IMG/VR virus record: IMGVR_UViG_3300044701_002547
Location: 41,676 to 105,675 of that record
Origin: a virus
Direction: 5' to 3' (one strand)
Length of the DNA stretch: 64,000 bases
Position 1 is the stretch's first letter, and each line of letters begins with the position of its first letter. A model generated the notes under the pieces. It was given only the letters and a program-made list of their open reading frames with translations. It was not told the DNA's origin and searched no databases. Made by a program: the position numbers and the translations under genes. This document shows positions 62,871-64,000 of the stretch, piece after piece.

Positions 62871-63208
62871 TATATAATACAACATATATGATGTGCGAGA
62901 GTTCATCCTATCTCTGGTAAACAAAATAGGACATAATACATACGTGACGAGTAAGAATAAAAAAATACAGGACGATTCCTGATAGAATAATTTATTTTAA
63001 TTCTATCACTTAGGAATCATATTATTGTGCCTAAGATTCTTATAATAACTCTAAGAGCTTATATTATTATCTTCAACGGGAACAAACCTAGTCTAATGGG
63101 TATTTTAAATATTGTCAAGCCCCATTGTGCCAGTTCGTATAGTGGCACAAGATCGGTTGAATTCCGATGATCACCTGGTATTGTACATTCGTTCCTGAGG
63201 TTTTGTTT

Positions 63209-63355
63209 ATGTGTGGTCCTGCTTTTGATTATAGTTTCCAAGATTTCCTGAATGATGCCTCCCCCGAAGAATGGGCAGAATGGGAGAACAAAGCTGCCGA
63301 ACTTGAGGTTCCTGTAGATTACTATCTCCAAGAGTTCGTTGCCTGTGCCAGTTGA
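63209..63355 (+). CDS. Small acidic protein
   Basis: MCGPAFDYSF...AAELEVPVDYYLQEF; first gene of a cassette. Confidence 0.6.
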   Translation: MCGPAFDYSFQDFLNDASPEEWAEWENKAAELEVPVDYYLQEFVACAS

Positions 63356-63429
63356 GAGAGTGGCACAAGGGGGGTTGCAATGCCCCCCAGACCCTGATAC
63401 ATTACATTCGTCCCTGAAGGAACCCACCA

Positions 63430-63558
63430 ATGTTTGATGAACTCTGGTCTGAGATTCAAGATGCTCCTGGTGAGATTTTTGACCTGAACATTCCCGAACT
63501 TCGTGATGATGAGAAGTTCGATTTTGATGGTTATCTTGCCGCTGATTATGATTACTGA
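63430..63558 (+). CDS. Small acidic protein
   Basis: MFDELWSEIQDAPGEIFD...; first gene of a cassette. Confidence 0.6.
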   Translation: MFDELWSEIQDAPGEIFDLNIPELRDDEKFDFDGYLAADYDY

Positions 63559-63653
63559 AATCCTTCGTCTTCTTAACAATTTGACTGACGAACAGTTGGA
63601 TTCGTTGGATGAAGAGAAGTTCGCTGAATCTCTGTTCTACATTAACACCGCAA

Positions 63654-63884
63654 ATGAGAACTCTTACACTCCAAGTCACCGAAGTTTCGTTTGATTTTGA
63701 TGATCTTGACTTCACCGAAGAAGATCAACAGCAGGTTGTAGATTCTGTGGTTGGTAATGTCTTTGAGGTGGAAGTTGATGATGCTGATGATGACGAAGCA
63801 ATCGCTGATGCGTTAGTCGAAGAGGTGACTGATTACGCTGGTTGGTGTGTCTTTGGTCTTGATTTCGTTCACATTCTTTCCTGA
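63654..63884 (+). CDS. Highly acidic small protein
   Basis: MRTLTLQVTEVSFDFDD...EVDDADDDEAIAD. Confidence 0.65.
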   Translation: MRTLTLQVTEVSFDFDDLDFTEEDQQQVVDSVVGNVFEVEVDDADDDEAIADALVEEVTDYAGWCVFGLDFVHILS

Positions 63885-64000
63885 ATCATTATGGCACGAA
63901 CTCTTCAACAACTCAAAGAATCTGTTGATCGTTTGATTGAACAACAGGGTGCAGATGCTCCTGTCGCTGCATTTATCTTCACCAGCGAAGATGTATTCGT

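Larger units (their letters stand above)
36433..63367 (+). repeat. Dispersed 24-bp palindromic promoter-upstream element, 15 copies
   Basis: Starts at 36433, 39705, 41888, 43994, 46508, 52289, 53696, 54349, 55935, 61340, 61566, 61850, 62138, 63126, 63344; each ends 29-30 bp before a TAnnnT box. Confidence 0.9.

Noticed and set aside
36433-63367. Integron attC array
   Set aside because: No integrase in the window, no attC-style R-box/extrahelical-base pattern, and each cassette has its own promoter.

Overview
This 64 kb window comes from a T4-like cyanomyovirus. Evidence: T4 core genes 33/59/32/53/48/2/4/26/51/5, thyX, phoH, cp12, a DUF1825-like gene and glutamine-riboswitch motifs. Layout: 1-4 kb glycosyl/methyltransferase fusions; 4-12 kb replication and transcription core plus a Mom-like DNA modifier; 12-36.4 kb baseplate, tail and fibre genes, interrupted by a three-tRNA cluster; 36.4-64 kb a hypervariable region of small genes. 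The strongest observations follow. (1) The hypervariable region is organised into cassettes, each opened by the same 24-bp palindrome (TGTG(A/C)CA(C/G)TT-N4-AA(C/G)TG(G/T)CACA). There are 15 copies, each 29-30 bp before a sigma70 -10 box, and the cassettes include a helicase, an R-M-like pair, an ArdA-like protein and acidic proteins. (2) tRNA-Leu(UAA) is split by a 198-nt group I intron. (3) A U-UUU-UUC slippery site would fuse gp26 to gp51 by -1 frameshift. (4) An NtcA box plus tandem glutamine riboswitch precedes a Gln-rich DUF4278-like peptide. (5) Two arrays of roughly helically phased 11-bp palindromes are interleaved with divergent and convergent promoters, suggesting an origin or operator hub. 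(6) There are two candidate structured RNAs that I cannot assign to a known family. All calls come from reading the sequence by eye; no searches were run.
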